Assembly (NCBI GenBank): GCA_963665095.1
Contig: OY762069.1
Location: 1,856,001-1,920,000, forward strand
Direction: 5' to 3'
DNA: 64,000 nucleotides
From: an uncultured Desulfobacter sp.
Lineage (GTDB): Bacteria; Desulfobacterota; Desulfobacteria; Desulfobacterales; Desulfobacteraceae
Every line of letters starts with the position of its first letter. Position 1 is the first letter of the stretch. Below, piece after piece: positions 1 to 10,213 of the stretch. The translations under genes and the position numbers were made by a program. The notes below the pieces were generated by a model. It did no database searches, was not told the origin of the DNA, and was given only the letters and a program-made list of their open reading frames with translations.

Positions 1-1
1 G

Positions 2-85
2 GAAGTGAAAGAATTGCGGCGGGAGGATTACATTATAAAAGAAGAGTCGTCATGCAGACTCTGCACTTACAGGGTCGCAGCTTGA
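2..85 (+). CDS. Possible 3' end of a gene truncated by the window edge (…EVKELRREDYIIKEESSCRLCTYRVAA*)
   Basis: Frame 2 is open from the window start to TGA at 83-85. Too short to assign a family. Confidence 0.25.
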   Translation, partial: EVKELRREDYIIKEESSCRLCTYRVAA

Positions 86-477
86 TCGTTGAGTACCATA
101 AATCCGGATTTTTTTATTTCTCATCAGATTTTAAGATCCGGTAATTGACAATCGTATATCCATGGTGGTATAGCCCGCTCTGAATATTATCAACATTATT
201 TATCGAAGGTTTTTTTTGCTTTCTAAATTATTAGATATTGTGCCGGTCGTTACTGATAGAAGATAATCAGAAATGTGCTGGTGTAAATTTTAGTTTAGCC
301 CATCCATGTATTCATACGGGGGGCAGTTATAGTTTCCGTTCGGAAATTATCTGCCACTCGTCTTTTCTGTATTATCTTTTGTCTGTAACACTCCCTTTGC
401 TTAAAATATAGTTTCATTTCGTATAGTTAGAATAATTTTTATCTAACATTATTCAATTATTTTAAAGGGAAAAAACA

Positions 478-1038
478 TTGAAATTCAGAATATCAAAAAA
501 AGAAGAACAGCCAGAAATAGAAAAAATTCACAAAGCCGCATTCGAAAAAACAGAAGGTGCACAAAAAGCTAAAATAATAGCTGATCTGGTTCACGATTTA
601 TTTGAAGATGAAACTGCCATGCCCATACATTCATTTGTCGCACAGGAAAATAGAAAACTTCTCGGGCATGTCCTGTTTACAAAAGTGACCATCACCGATT
701 GTCCGGTAGACGTTGAAGCACGGATTTTAGCTCCACTTGCAGTCCGACCGGAGTGTCAATCTACCGGGATCGGCACAGGTCTTATTAAGGAAGGATTACG
801 CCGACTTAAAGAAGAAGGAATTGATCTGGTTTTCGTCTTGGGACACATTGACTATTACCCGAGATCAGGATTTATCAACGATGCTCAAAGTCTGGGGTTT
901 AAAGCACCGTATTACATTCCCGAAGAGTTTGCCGATGCCTGGATGGTAATAGCGCTTGCCACCGGAATCATTGGTAAGGCTAAGGGGAGAGTGCAATGTG
1001 GTGATGTACTTAATCAACCCGAGCACTGGAGAGAGTAA
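478..1038 (+). CDS. GNAT-family N-acetyltransferase (YhbS-like)
   Basis: Motifs [16 protein letters not shown] (acetyl-CoA binding motif A) and [18 protein letters not shown] start. Confidence 0.88.
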   Translation: MKFRISKKEEQPEIEKIHKAAFEKTEGAQKAKIIADLVHDLFEDETAMPIHSFVAQENRKLLGHVLFTKVTITDCPVDVEARILAPLAVRPECQSTGIGTGLIKEGLRRLKEEGIDLVFVLGHIDYYPRSGFINDAQSLGFKAPYYIPEEFADAWMVIALATGIIGKAKGRVQCGDVLNQPEHWRE

Positions 1039-1118
1039 TGAATACTATATCAAAAACAGGTCGTGTTCAAAGCCCAGGAAAAGGTGGAATCTATAAAAAA
1101 AATGATCAAGGAGGAATT

Positions 1119-1892
1119 ATGAATGATAAAAATAAATCCATTCATGAGTTTGATCGGGAATTGATTTGCAGGTATTTTGCAAACCTGAACCGGCAGGGGC
1201 CAGGCAGCCCTGAGGTAACCATTAAAGCATTGAGCTTTATCGATAATCTTGACGACAGGTCTCTTATCGCCGATATCGGCTGCGGATCAGGCGGGCAGAC
1301 AATGGTATTGGCGCAGAATGCGCCAGGGCAAATTACAGGTATTGATATTTTCCCTTTATTTATTGAGCTGTTCAACCGGAATGCCGAAAAACTTGAGCTC
1401 CAGGATAGAGTAAAAGGTATTGTCAAATCCATGCATGATCTTCCCTTCAAGGAAGAAGCGTTGGATCTTATATGGTCGGAAGGCGCGATCTACAATATTG
1501 GATTTGAACGCGGGCTTAATGAATGGCACAAATACCTGAAAACCGGAGGTTATATAGGTGTTTCCGAAGGAACATGGTTTACAGAGCAACGCCCTGCAGA
1601 AATTGAAGCGTTCTGGATGGATGCCTACCCGGAAATAGACACGATTTCCAATAAGACAGACCAGATGCAAAAAGCCGGATATCTACCCGTCTCTGTTTTT
1701 GTTTTGCCTGAAAGCTGCTGGACTGAAAATTATTTTGCGCCAAAGGAACCCTTGGACAAACTTTTCCTTAAAGAAAATACAGGCAATAAGGCTGCCGAAG
1801 AATTTATTGCCAACCAACGGCATGAAGCCCAATTGTATAGCAAGTACAAAGCGTATTATGGATATGTTTTCTATATAGGGAAAAAAATTTAA
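1119..1892 (+). CDS. Class I SAM-dependent methyltransferase
   Basis: [12 protein letters not shown] motif I and [10 protein letters not shown]. Start moved from 1038 to ATG 1119, which follows a strong RBS (AAGGAGG). Confidence 0.9.
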   Translation: MNDKNKSIHEFDRELICRYFANLNRQGPGSPEVTIKALSFIDNLDDRSLIADIGCGSGGQTMVLAQNAPGQITGIDIFPLFIELFNRNAEKLELQDRVKGIVKSMHDLPFKEEALDLIWSEGAIYNIGFERGLNEWHKYLKTGGYIGVSEGTWFTEQRPAEIEAFWMDAYPEIDTISNKTDQMQKAGYLPVSVFVLPESCWTENYFAPKEPLDKLFLKENTGNKAAEEFIANQRHEAQLYSKYKAYYGYVFYIGKKI

Positions 1893-1971
1893 ACCAGCCA
1901 ATACACCGGGCGGCCGCAGGCCGTCCGGTGATCAGTATATTGTTGACCAATATTGAAATGTGATACAGTCC

Positions 1972-3513
1972 CTATATCTTCTCAAGAAGTTGTTCATAGG
2001 TAGACAAACCGGTAACCTCTGCCGCCAGCGTGGTAAGAGGAACAATATCCTCCCGATTTATATGAGCAATTGTAAATTTTCTATTAAGAGCCATGAGCTG
2101 TTTAAGGCCGACTGACACTCTGTTGAGATATGAATAAAGACCGATTGCCCCGGTGGGAATCTGATCAGCTTCCTTGCCATATTCACCTTTTATAAGACGG
2201 AAATCAGCGAAAATTTCTTCAACGGTAGAACCGAACCGGCTGTAGGTTTTTGGTACAGTCCCGTTTTGAATGGCTTCTCCAATTTGGCGTCCTACGGTAG
2301 CAGAAGCCATGGCAGAACGGCCCAGAGCTATCATAGTGATATAAGGAGCTCCGAGCGCAAGTCCTTTGAATATCTGATCTTCTGTTGCAAATCCGCCGGC
2401 CATAGCAATTGGCGGGAGTGGTTTGTTATTTTTTTCAAGCTTTTTCAGAATACGGTATACAATGGTTTCAAGCGTTACCGTGGGCATGCCCCATTCATTC
2501 ATCATTTTTACGGGACTGTGTCCTGTTCCGCCGCCAGCGCCATCAAGGGTAACAAGATCAACCTTTGCTTCAGATGCAACTTCAAGAATGGTACGGATAT
2601 CCCGTGGATCAAAAGGGCCTGTTTTAAAACAGATACGCTTTGCTCCTGATTCTCTCAATTGGGCAACGCGTTTTAAAAGATATTCAGGAGTCCATATAGG
2701 CAATTTATCGATCTTTTCAAAAACAGGTCCGATCCCTTTTGAAAAATTTTCTGCAATCTGTGGATCTTCCGGATCAGGGATAATGTTATACCCGAGTTTT
2801 TTGAAGTTAAGTGCCGTTTTGAAATCGGTGATTTTACTCATGCCCTGAATACCTTTTGCGGCCTGCCCGAATTTAAGCTCAACAGACCTGATGCCAAGAT
2901 ACTTAATGGCATATTCAAGAACGCCCAGATAGTCGTCATCAAAATTTGCCTGAAGAACGATATCTCCCTTGCCTTTACAGTATTTTTTGTAGGTTTGAAC
3001 CATTTTTTCTAATAAAGGAGACTTCACAACTTTCTGATTTTCTGTGGCCAGCCCTGGGTCCTTGGCAACGACCGCCTCCCCGATAACAACAGGAACGCCA
3101 AAAATAGCTGCGCCGGTGTAATATTCTTTCCATGCAAGCTTTGCGATTGCCGGAAGAATAAAGGGGCCGGTAATACTGGTTTTATGGTGAATCCCAAAAC
3201 TTGATGAAATTTCAGCATAGGGGAAAGCTGTTTTATATGGATCTTCGGGAGCGCCCCAGGCACCGAATACGCGGCCATTAATATTAAAATGGGAGAAATC
3301 AAGGGGATACTTTTTTTCAGAGGCAAATTGGTATATATCGGAGGCAAAAGGAACAAGTGCTTCTGTCCCTCTAATGGCAGAAAGACCTATTTCACATAAT
3401 CCCGTGCAGTCACTGGTACAAACAGAACACATTCCTGAAACATCCGTAATGTGTTTGGGATTTCTCATCTTTGTATTGGTAATGGGACTTCCCATTGCTG
3501 GGCTGTAACTCAT
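1972..3513 (-). CDS. FMN-binding glutamate synthase family protein (stand-alone GltB FMN-domain type)
   Basis: ELKFGQAAK, DGAGGGTG, AMAGGF and ALGAP motifs; N-terminal CSVCTSDCTGLC cysteine cluster. Confidence 0.85.
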   Translation of the reverse strand: MSYSPAMGSPITNTKMRNPKHITDVSGMCSVCTSDCTGLCEIGLSAIRGTEALVPFASDIYQFASEKKYPLDFSHFNINGRVFGAWGAPEDPYKTAFPYAEISSSFGIHHKTSITGPFILPAIAKLAWKEYYTGAAIFGVPVVIGEAVVAKDPGLATENQKVVKSPLLEKMVQTYKKYCKGKGDIVLQANFDDDYLGVLEYAIKYLGIRSVELKFGQAAKGIQGMSKITDFKTALNFKKLGYNIIPDPEDPQIAENFSKGIGPVFEKIDKLPIWTPEYLLKRVAQLRESGAKRICFKTGPFDPRDIRTILEVASEAKVDLVTLDGAGGGTGHSPVKMMNEWGMPTVTLETIVYRILKKLEKNNKPLPPIAMAGGFATEDQIFKGLALGAPYITMIALGRSAMASATVGRQIGEAIQNGTVPKTYSRFGSTVEEIFADFRLIKGEYGKEADQIPTGAIGLYSYLNRVSVGLKQLMALNRKFTIAHINREDIVPLTTLAAEVTGLSTYEQLLEKI

Positions 3514-3546
3514 TTTATTTTCTCCCTATGGTTTACTTTAAGCGGA

Positions 3547-3574
3547 ATTATACTGGGGGATGGAGATGGGTCAA
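3547..3574 (-). promoter_or_regulatory. Sigma-70-type promoter for the glutamate-synthase-family gene
   Basis: Minus strand TTGACC-N16-TATAAT, about 35 nt upstream of the start; GGGAG RBS. Confidence 0.6.
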
Positions 3575-3614
3575 CTTCAGGGGTAGACCCTGCTTCTTTG
3601 CAATATATTTTTTT

Positions 3615-6230
3615 CTACCATCGACCATCAAGAACCTCCCGGATAGTCTTAGACAAATCCTCCCGAAGGACAGGTTTCATTATAAACGCTTTGATTCCGG
3701 CCATCTCAGCCTTCTTTTTTGTGATCAATTCGCTATATCCCGTGCTCAACACAATTGGCATACCCGGAACCCTTTTAAATATCTGTTTGGCTAATTCAAA
3801 GCCGGTCATATGGGGCATGGTCATGTCTGTGATCACCAGGTCATAATTATCGGGGTTCCGACTAATTTCTTCCAGTGCCTTCCGGCTGTCATCAATGGCC
3901 GTGACCTTATATCCAAGCATTTCAATGGACATTTGCTGTATTTCCAAAATGGTGGGCTCATCATCAACCAAGAGTATCCGTTCTGTGCCGGCTTGAAGGA
4001 TTACTTCTCCCGAATCGCTTGTATCCTGATCGTCTGTTTCAAATTTAGGAAAATAAATATGTATATTGGTACCCTGGCCCGGTTCACTATAAATCCTTAT
4101 TTCCCCGCCGCAAGATTTTACGATCCCATGCACAACAGACAGCCCAAGGCCTGTCCCCTCTCCTACTCTTTTGGTGGTGAAATAAGGGTCAAAGACTTTC
4201 TCTAAAACAGCCTTATCCATGCCGTGCCCAGTGTCGCTAATTTCAAGAAAAAGGTAGCTGCCGATTTTTAGATTAAACCCAGGGAACAGAAACTCCAAGT
4301 TTGATATCTTTTTTTCTGAAAGGGAAACGCCGATCACACCACCTGTTTCTCTCATGGCATGATAAGCGTTGGTGCAAAGATTCATGACGATCTGATGAAT
4401 TTGCGTGGGATCTGCAAGTATTGTCCCTAACCCGTTAGGAATATCCTGTTTGATTTCTATTGTTGTCGGAAGTGTCGAACGTAAAAGTTTAAGTGCCTCC
4501 TTAATTATCAATTCTGGCTGTAACGGCTTTGTTTCTTGTTCTGACTGCCTGCTGAACAATAGAATTTGCTTAACCAGATCCCTTGCCCGAAGCGCTGCCG
4601 TTATAATCTGGTCCTGCATTCTCATAGTAGGATCGGCCGATGAAAGGGAGGTCTTAATCAGTTCTGCATAGCCTAAAATAGCACCCAAAATATTGTTGAA
4701 GTCATGGGCGATGCCTCCGGCCAGTGTGCCTACTGCCTCCATCTTCTGAGCCTGATGGAGCATAGCTTCCAGTTTCTTCGTCTCTTTTTCAGCCTGCTTT
4801 TGTTTTGTCAGCTCGATACCGGTACCTATAATGAAAGTTTCGTCGGAATGCTTGAAACTCTGGGCAACTAAAAGAAAAGGCTTTACCCCCCCATCTTTGG
4901 TCTTTATGTTAAATTCAGCGCTTTCACGGCCATATTTTAATACCCGTGTAACCGCATCTTTCATACTTGGTAGGTCTTGTTCGCGAAAAAACATTGATAT
5001 ATTGACATTCTGGAGTTCTTCCATGGAAAAACCCAAAAGATTTTTATGCTGGTAATTACATTTCGTTAAAAAGAACTGATCTCCTTTTTGTTTGTATAAA
5101 AAGAAAAGTCCTGGAAGGCTGTTAATAAGGTTATCGGAAAAATTCATTTCTTTAACCAAATCGTTTTTGATCTTTATTTGTTCCGTAATGTCACGGGCCT
5201 CAGCTAACAGAAAAGAAACATCTCCGTTTTCATCAAAAATTGGCGTTAGGCTAGTATCCATATCATGCACATCCTGGTTCGGCCGGGTGTGGATGGCATT
5301 AAAACGACAAAACTCACCTTTAGCACAATTGTTAATAGCTTCTTTTAACCGGGTTGTAGACCCATTTCCCTGCCACCATGGAGTTTCCCACAAAGGAGCC
5401 CCGATGACTGACGCTTCATCCTGTTCGATGAAATCCAAAGCGGATTGGTTGATTTTTGTTAATTTCCCGTCAACGGACAAGGTCCCTATGAACTGGAAAG
5501 TGTTGTGAAATATTGCGGCAAGCTCACGCTCCGCTTTTTTAAGCATGGCGTTTTGGGCGCGGATCTCTTTCATTGATGCCAGAACCAAAATAAAAAGAAG
5601 GGCCAAAAGAATAATTGTCAAACCTGCAATTTCCAGGATATAGGCACCCTGGCTTTTACGAAGGTCCCCCATATACTGCCCGGTGCCGATATAGCAATTT
5701 ATTTCTGGAATCCCAATAACAAAAGAAATTTTTTCCTGGGGGGCTGCCTGACCTGGCCTTTGATAGTGATACGACACATAGCCTTGCCCGTCCTTTGACT
5801 GTGCGACTTCTACCAATTCCCTTATGATATAAACACCATAATGATCTTTCAGGTCCCAAACATCACTCATTTCTTTTTCAGGCTCAAAGGGCTGGACAAG
5901 CATAATGCCGTCATAGGAGCTCATAAAAATATAATTTTTACCTATATGATCATTGTAAATCATCAGCCGGACACGATTGCGAATTTCAGTAAGAGCTTCG
6001 TTCCTGGATATTTTTTGACTACGGTATTCCATAAGAATTGGTTCTATGGAATTTCGGGCGATCTGAACAGATCGTTTTAAATGACGCAGTCTTTGCGCTT
6101 TAATTTCACCCATGTATTTGTAGGCGATGAAACCAGAGAAGCAGATGAACACAAAGCCAAGAACGATACCGGTAAAGATTACTTTATAGCGGTTCAGTTT
6201 TAGAATAAATGTTTCATTATCATTCGCCAT
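3615..6230 (-). CDS. Hybrid sensor histidine kinase (TM-Cache-TM-PAS-PAS-HisKA-HATPase-REC)
   Basis: Cache-like NYIFMS…GYVSYHY; H-box AGGIAHDFNNIL; N-box NLCTNA; G-boxes DTGHG and GTGLGL; receiver ILLVDDE…ITDMTMP. Confidence 0.93.
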   Translation of the reverse strand: MANDNETFILKLNRYKVIFTGIVLGFVFICFSGFIAYKYMGEIKAQRLRHLKRSVQIARNSIEPILMEYRSQKISRNEALTEIRNRVRLMIYNDHIGKNYIFMSSYDGIMLVQPFEPEKEMSDVWDLKDHYGVYIIRELVEVAQSKDGQGYVSYHYQRPGQAAPQEKISFVIGIPEINCYIGTGQYMGDLRKSQGAYILEIAGLTIILLALLFILVLASMKEIRAQNAMLKKAERELAAIFHNTFQFIGTLSVDGKLTKINQSALDFIEQDEASVIGAPLWETPWWQGNGSTTRLKEAINNCAKGEFCRFNAIHTRPNQDVHDMDTSLTPIFDENGDVSFLLAEARDITEQIKIKNDLVKEMNFSDNLINSLPGLFFLYKQKGDQFFLTKCNYQHKNLLGFSMEELQNVNISMFFREQDLPSMKDAVTRVLKYGRESAEFNIKTKDGGVKPFLLVAQSFKHSDETFIIGTGIELTKQKQAEKETKKLEAMLHQAQKMEAVGTLAGGIAHDFNNILGAILGYAELIKTSLSSADPTMRMQDQIITAALRARDLVKQILLFSRQSEQETKPLQPELIIKEALKLLRSTLPTTIEIKQDIPNGLGTILADPTQIHQIVMNLCTNAYHAMRETGGVIGVSLSEKKISNLEFLFPGFNLKIGSYLFLEISDTGHGMDKAVLEKVFDPYFTTKRVGEGTGLGLSVVHGIVKSCGGEIRIYSEPGQGTNIHIYFPKFETDDQDTSDSGEVILQAGTERILLVDDEPTILEIQQMSIEMLGYKVTAIDDSRKALEEISRNPDNYDLVITDMTMPHMTGFELAKQIFKRVPGMPIVLSTGYSELITKKKAEMAGIKAFIMKPVLREDLSKTIREVLDGRW

Positions 6231-6418
6231 CTCTTCCTCTTTCGCATCCAGGTTGTGATCAGACTAAGCATGATCTATGAGATCGGACAAATACTTCTGA
6301 TAATGTATCAAAATTTTTTAAAGGTTTATATGATAAGTATTTGATGCTTCCGTTTCCGCATATCAAAACCCCCAAAAAGCCTCTGGACAATGAAAAAACG
6401 GCACTGTCGATAAAAGTG

Positions 6419-9400
6419 TCAGGCTATGGCTGAAAGAATTTGCCGCGTTTCCAGAAGTGCCCGGGAAATATTATTACGTTTGTGCCCCAGCTGTATGCGG
6501 GCGCTGGTCTTTTTCAAGAATTTGACATCGCCCTCTTTTCTCAGAGCCGCTTCCACATCGGTCAGACTCCGGGTCATGTGTTCCGCAGAGAATTCCAGAA
6601 CCAGCACATCAGGGGTCACATCCAGGCGTTTAACACCGGCCTTGATGGCAAATATGCGCAGCATAATTTTAAGCAGCATGTTTTCCGCGGGTTTGGGCAG
6701 TTTGCCATACCGGTCTTCAAGCTCCTTTTTCATGTCTGAAATATCCCCCACCCGGGTCAGCCGGGACAACCTTCGGTAGATGGTCAGGCGCTGCTCCACA
6801 GATTCGATGTACTCCTCGGGAAACCCAGATGACATGGAGGCATTGATTTCTGGCTCCAGAGGATCTGTCACATGCTCGCCTTTCATGTCCTTTACGGCAT
6901 GATCCAGCAGTTTAAGAAACATATCATAGCCCACCGCGGCAATGTGGCCGGACTGGGAGGCACCCAGCGCTGTGCCGGCGCCGCGGATCTGAAGGTCTTT
7001 CATGGCAATCTGGAAACCTGACCCCAGATCCCGGTGTTCCATGAGGGCGGCAAGGCGTTTTCTGGCATCTTTGGTCAGCCGGTCTTCATCGGAAATAAAC
7101 AGATAGGCATAGGCCTGGTGGTCGCCGCGGCCGATGCGGCCCCGAAGCTGGTAGATCTGGGAAAGACCAAAGCGTTCAGCCTTGTCAATGATCATGGTGT
7201 TGGCACTGGGGATATCCAGGCCCGACTCAATGATGGTGGTACAGACCAGGACATTGATATCCTGGTTGATGAATTTCACCATCACCTTTTCAAGTTCGGT
7301 TTCGGACAATCTGCCGTGGGCCACCCCGACGCTGGCATCAGGGACCAGTTTCTGGATATTTTCCGCTGCCTTGAAGATGGATTTTATATTGTTGTGCACA
7401 AAAAAGACCTGACCGTCCCGGGCCAGTTCCTTTTCAACGGCTTCCCTGACCAGGGCGTCATCATATGTGGTGATATAGGAGACAATGGGCTGGCGGTCTG
7501 CCGGCGGCGTGGTGATCACTGAAATATCGCGCATGCCGGTTAAAGACATGTGCAGGGTCCTTGGGATGGGGGTGGCAGACAACGCAAGCACATCCACACT
7601 GGCCCGTTTCTTTTTCAGGGCCTCCTTGTGCTTGACCCCGAACCGCTGCTCCTCGTCAATGATCAGAAGGCCCAGTGTTTTAAAGATAACATCCTTTTGC
7701 AAGAGGCGGTGGGTGCCAATGACAATGTCCACTGTGCCTGCTTGTGTACGTTTAAGAATGTCAGTCTGCTGGGTCCTGGTCCTGAATCGTGACAGACACT
7801 CTATGATTACCGGATAATTTTTAAACCGGTCCCGAAACGTGTTTAAATGCTGCTCTGCAAGAATTGTGGTGGGTACCACCAGGGCCACCTGCAAGCCATC
7901 GTTCACAGCTTTGAAAGCTGCCCGGATGGCCACTTCGGTCTTTCCATACCCCACATCTCCACACACCAGCCGGTCCATGGGAGTCTCTTTTTCCATATCC
8001 AGGTGGACATCATCAATGGCACGCAGCTGGTCCCTTGTCTCTTCATAGGGAAAGGATGCTTCAAAATCATTGTAATAGTTGTCCGGCCGGCTGAAGGCAA
8101 AGCCCTTGGCCACCCTTCGCCGGGCATAGAGATCCAGAAGATCGGCTGCCATCTTCTCCACTTCGGCACGGGCCTTGGCCTTGGAGTTGGTCCAGGATTT
8201 TGCCCCGATCTTGTCCAGTACCGGGGTATACCCGTCCACCCCAATGTACTTGCCGATTACCTCCATCCGGTCCACAGGCACATAAAGTTTGTCATCGTCC
8301 TGGTAGACCACCAGGATAAAATCCTGGGTAATGCCGGATACGGTCAGGCTGAAAAGTCCTTCATACCGCCCTACCCCGTGCTCCATATGGACCACAATGT
8401 CTCCGTCTTTCAACTCTTCCGGGGCTATGAATTCCGATTTCAGGTCCCGCCGGGCCGAGGCTCTGCGCCGGATCCGCTTGGGGCCGAAGATCTCCTCTTC
8501 CGTCACAAGGCAGAATTTCTCAAATGCCGGCACAAATCCGGTGCTGAGCCGCCCCACCGTATAAAAAATGCCCGAGGAAGCGGCTTCCATGGCAGCAAAA
8601 TTTTTACAGAACTGCGGCTCAATGCCATAGGGAGCAAGCAGTGAATTCAACCGTTTTGCCTGGGCCTCCTGGCTGAGCACAAACAAAATGCAGGCACTTT
8701 CACGGATTTTTCCCTCAATCCAGGTCACAAGAGGTTCTAATGGCGTGGCGTCTTTGGTACGGGTACGCAAAGATTCAGTCAGTGCCCGGTTGTCAGAACA
8801 GGCAGGGGTCAGCACATTGGCACGGGTCCGGTCCTCTTCCAGAATGATCTCTTTAAAGGAAAGGGTGTTCAGTGCCTGGATTCTTTTTTCAACTGTCTCC
8901 CAGTCCGGGCCGTTTAGTTCCGGAGGCAGGCACAGCTGTTTCTCATCAGCAAGTTCATTAAAACCGTTTTTGAGCAGGGCATAATGGTCCCGGGCCTTAA
9001 ACGCCAGACTCTGGGTACTGTCCAGGGCAATAAAAATAGTATCAGGAAGAAAGTCAAAAAGCGTAGACGGCGTTTTATATACAATGGGTAAAAGGCTTTC
9101 AATGCCGTCAAACCGCCCCCTGTCCCGAATTTTTGTGACATATCCCCTGATCTGGTCGGCCAAAAGTCCGGCCCGGGCACCTGCCTGGCGCAGGCGGGCC
9201 TGGACATGGGGCAGTTCCTCTTTGGTAATGACAGCTTCCGTGGCCGGAACAATGATAATTTCAGACAGCTCCCTGGTGCCTCTTTGAGAATAGGGTGAAA
9301 AATAGCGGATGGATTCCACAAGGTCTCCGAAAAATTCCAGGCGCACCGGCTGTTTGTGCCCCGGGGAAAATACATCCACAATGCCGCCGCGCACGGCATA

Positions 9401-9895
9401 CTCACCAGGATCTTCCACCAGTGTGGCCCTGCTGTACCCGCAGGCTTCAAGATTCTCAACAAATTTGTCCCGGTCAATTTCCTCGTTGGCCATGACCAGT
9501 TCACAAAAACCAGCCATCACCTCCCTGGGAATCATATATGATAAAAGGGTCTGAACGCAGGTAACCAGAATAAATTTATCCCGGATGGTTTCGGTAATCT
9601 TATACAGCGCCCCCATCCTTGCGGTACTCGCCTCCCTGTAGTAGGAAGAAGATTTAACGCCGGGGTATCGGGTGTCTGAAAAATTTACAATACGGCCCCG
9701 ATCCTCAGGCAGAAAAAATTGAAGATCGTTTATAAATGCTTCTGCGGTTTTGGGATCCGGCAGAACCAGCATCAAGGGCTGGTCAAATCGCTGATAGAGT
9801 GACGCGATGACCCAGGCTTTAGGGGCACTGCCGCCATCCAAGGTAACAAGGGTGTGACGGTTTTTTTTTAATGAGGAAAAAATGGTATCAATCAT
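6419..9895 (-). CDS. mfd: Transcription-repair coupling factor
   Basis: UvrB-like module RGGIVDVF, CarD/RID region VVHMEHGVGRY, helicase motifs GDVGYGKT, DEEQRFG, SATPIPRT, QLRGRIGR, C-terminal TRCF domain. Confidence 0.98.
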   Translation of the reverse strand: MIDTIFSSLKKNRHTLVTLDGGSAPKAWVIASLYQRFDQPLMLVLPDPKTAEAFINDLQFFLPEDRGRIVNFSDTRYPGVKSSSYYREASTARMGALYKITETIRDKFILVTCVQTLLSYMIPREVMAGFCELVMANEEIDRDKFVENLEACGYSRATLVEDPGEYAVRGGIVDVFSPGHKQPVRLEFFGDLVESIRYFSPYSQRGTRELSEIIIVPATEAVITKEELPHVQARLRQAGARAGLLADQIRGYVTKIRDRGRFDGIESLLPIVYKTPSTLFDFLPDTIFIALDSTQSLAFKARDHYALLKNGFNELADEKQLCLPPELNGPDWETVEKRIQALNTLSFKEIILEEDRTRANVLTPACSDNRALTESLRTRTKDATPLEPLVTWIEGKIRESACILFVLSQEAQAKRLNSLLAPYGIEPQFCKNFAAMEAASSGIFYTVGRLSTGFVPAFEKFCLVTEEEIFGPKRIRRRASARRDLKSEFIAPEELKDGDIVVHMEHGVGRYEGLFSLTVSGITQDFILVVYQDDDKLYVPVDRMEVIGKYIGVDGYTPVLDKIGAKSWTNSKAKARAEVEKMAADLLDLYARRRVAKGFAFSRPDNYYNDFEASFPYEETRDQLRAIDDVHLDMEKETPMDRLVCGDVGYGKTEVAIRAAFKAVNDGLQVALVVPTTILAEQHLNTFRDRFKNYPVIIECLSRFRTRTQQTDILKRTQAGTVDIVIGTHRLLQKDVIFKTLGLLIIDEEQRFGVKHKEALKKKRASVDVLALSATPIPRTLHMSLTGMRDISVITTPPADRQPIVSYITTYDDALVREAVEKELARDGQVFFVHNNIKSIFKAAENIQKLVPDASVGVAHGRLSETELEKVMVKFINQDINVLVCTTIIESGLDIPSANTMIIDKAERFGLSQIYQLRGRIGRGDHQAYAYLFISDEDRLTKDARKRLAALMEHRDLGSGFQIAMKDLQIRGAGTALGASQSGHIAAVGYDMFLKLLDHAVKDMKGEHVTDPLEPEINASMSSGFPEEYIESVEQRLTIYRRLSRLTRVGDISDMKKELEDRYGKLPKPAENMLLKIMLRIFAIKAGVKRLDVTPDVLVLEFSAEHMTRSLTDVEAALRKEGDVKFLKKTSARIQLGHKRNNISRALLETRQILSAIA

Positions 9896-10213
9896 TGTAT
9901 CTAAAAAGGCACTTCAGTCGGGCAATATGTCTTCCCGTAAAATTAAAAGGAATAATTCTAACCCGCTTATTTCATGGCATTTTGAAATATTGCTGGTTAA
10001 CAAGCCTTGGAATTTATCATTCCGGACATCACTGCGCAAGTTTTAATCCGACAATGCCTGTGTGAATTTTCTCTGATCGGCAATCCGCATGATTTCAAAA
10101 ATTCCTGACCCATGGGGCATTTCATCCATGAAGTTCTTAAAGCACATCAAGCCCCCCCTTCTTCAGGACCTTGCTCTATTTTATGGCCAAAAAACAACTG
10201 CGCAGACACCCGA

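Noticed and set aside
86..477. Intergenic region with a TTGACA promoter-like box and a hairpin near 321-356, as a riboswitch or sRNA
   Set aside because: I could not match it to any RNA family I recognise. An Rfam search would be needed.
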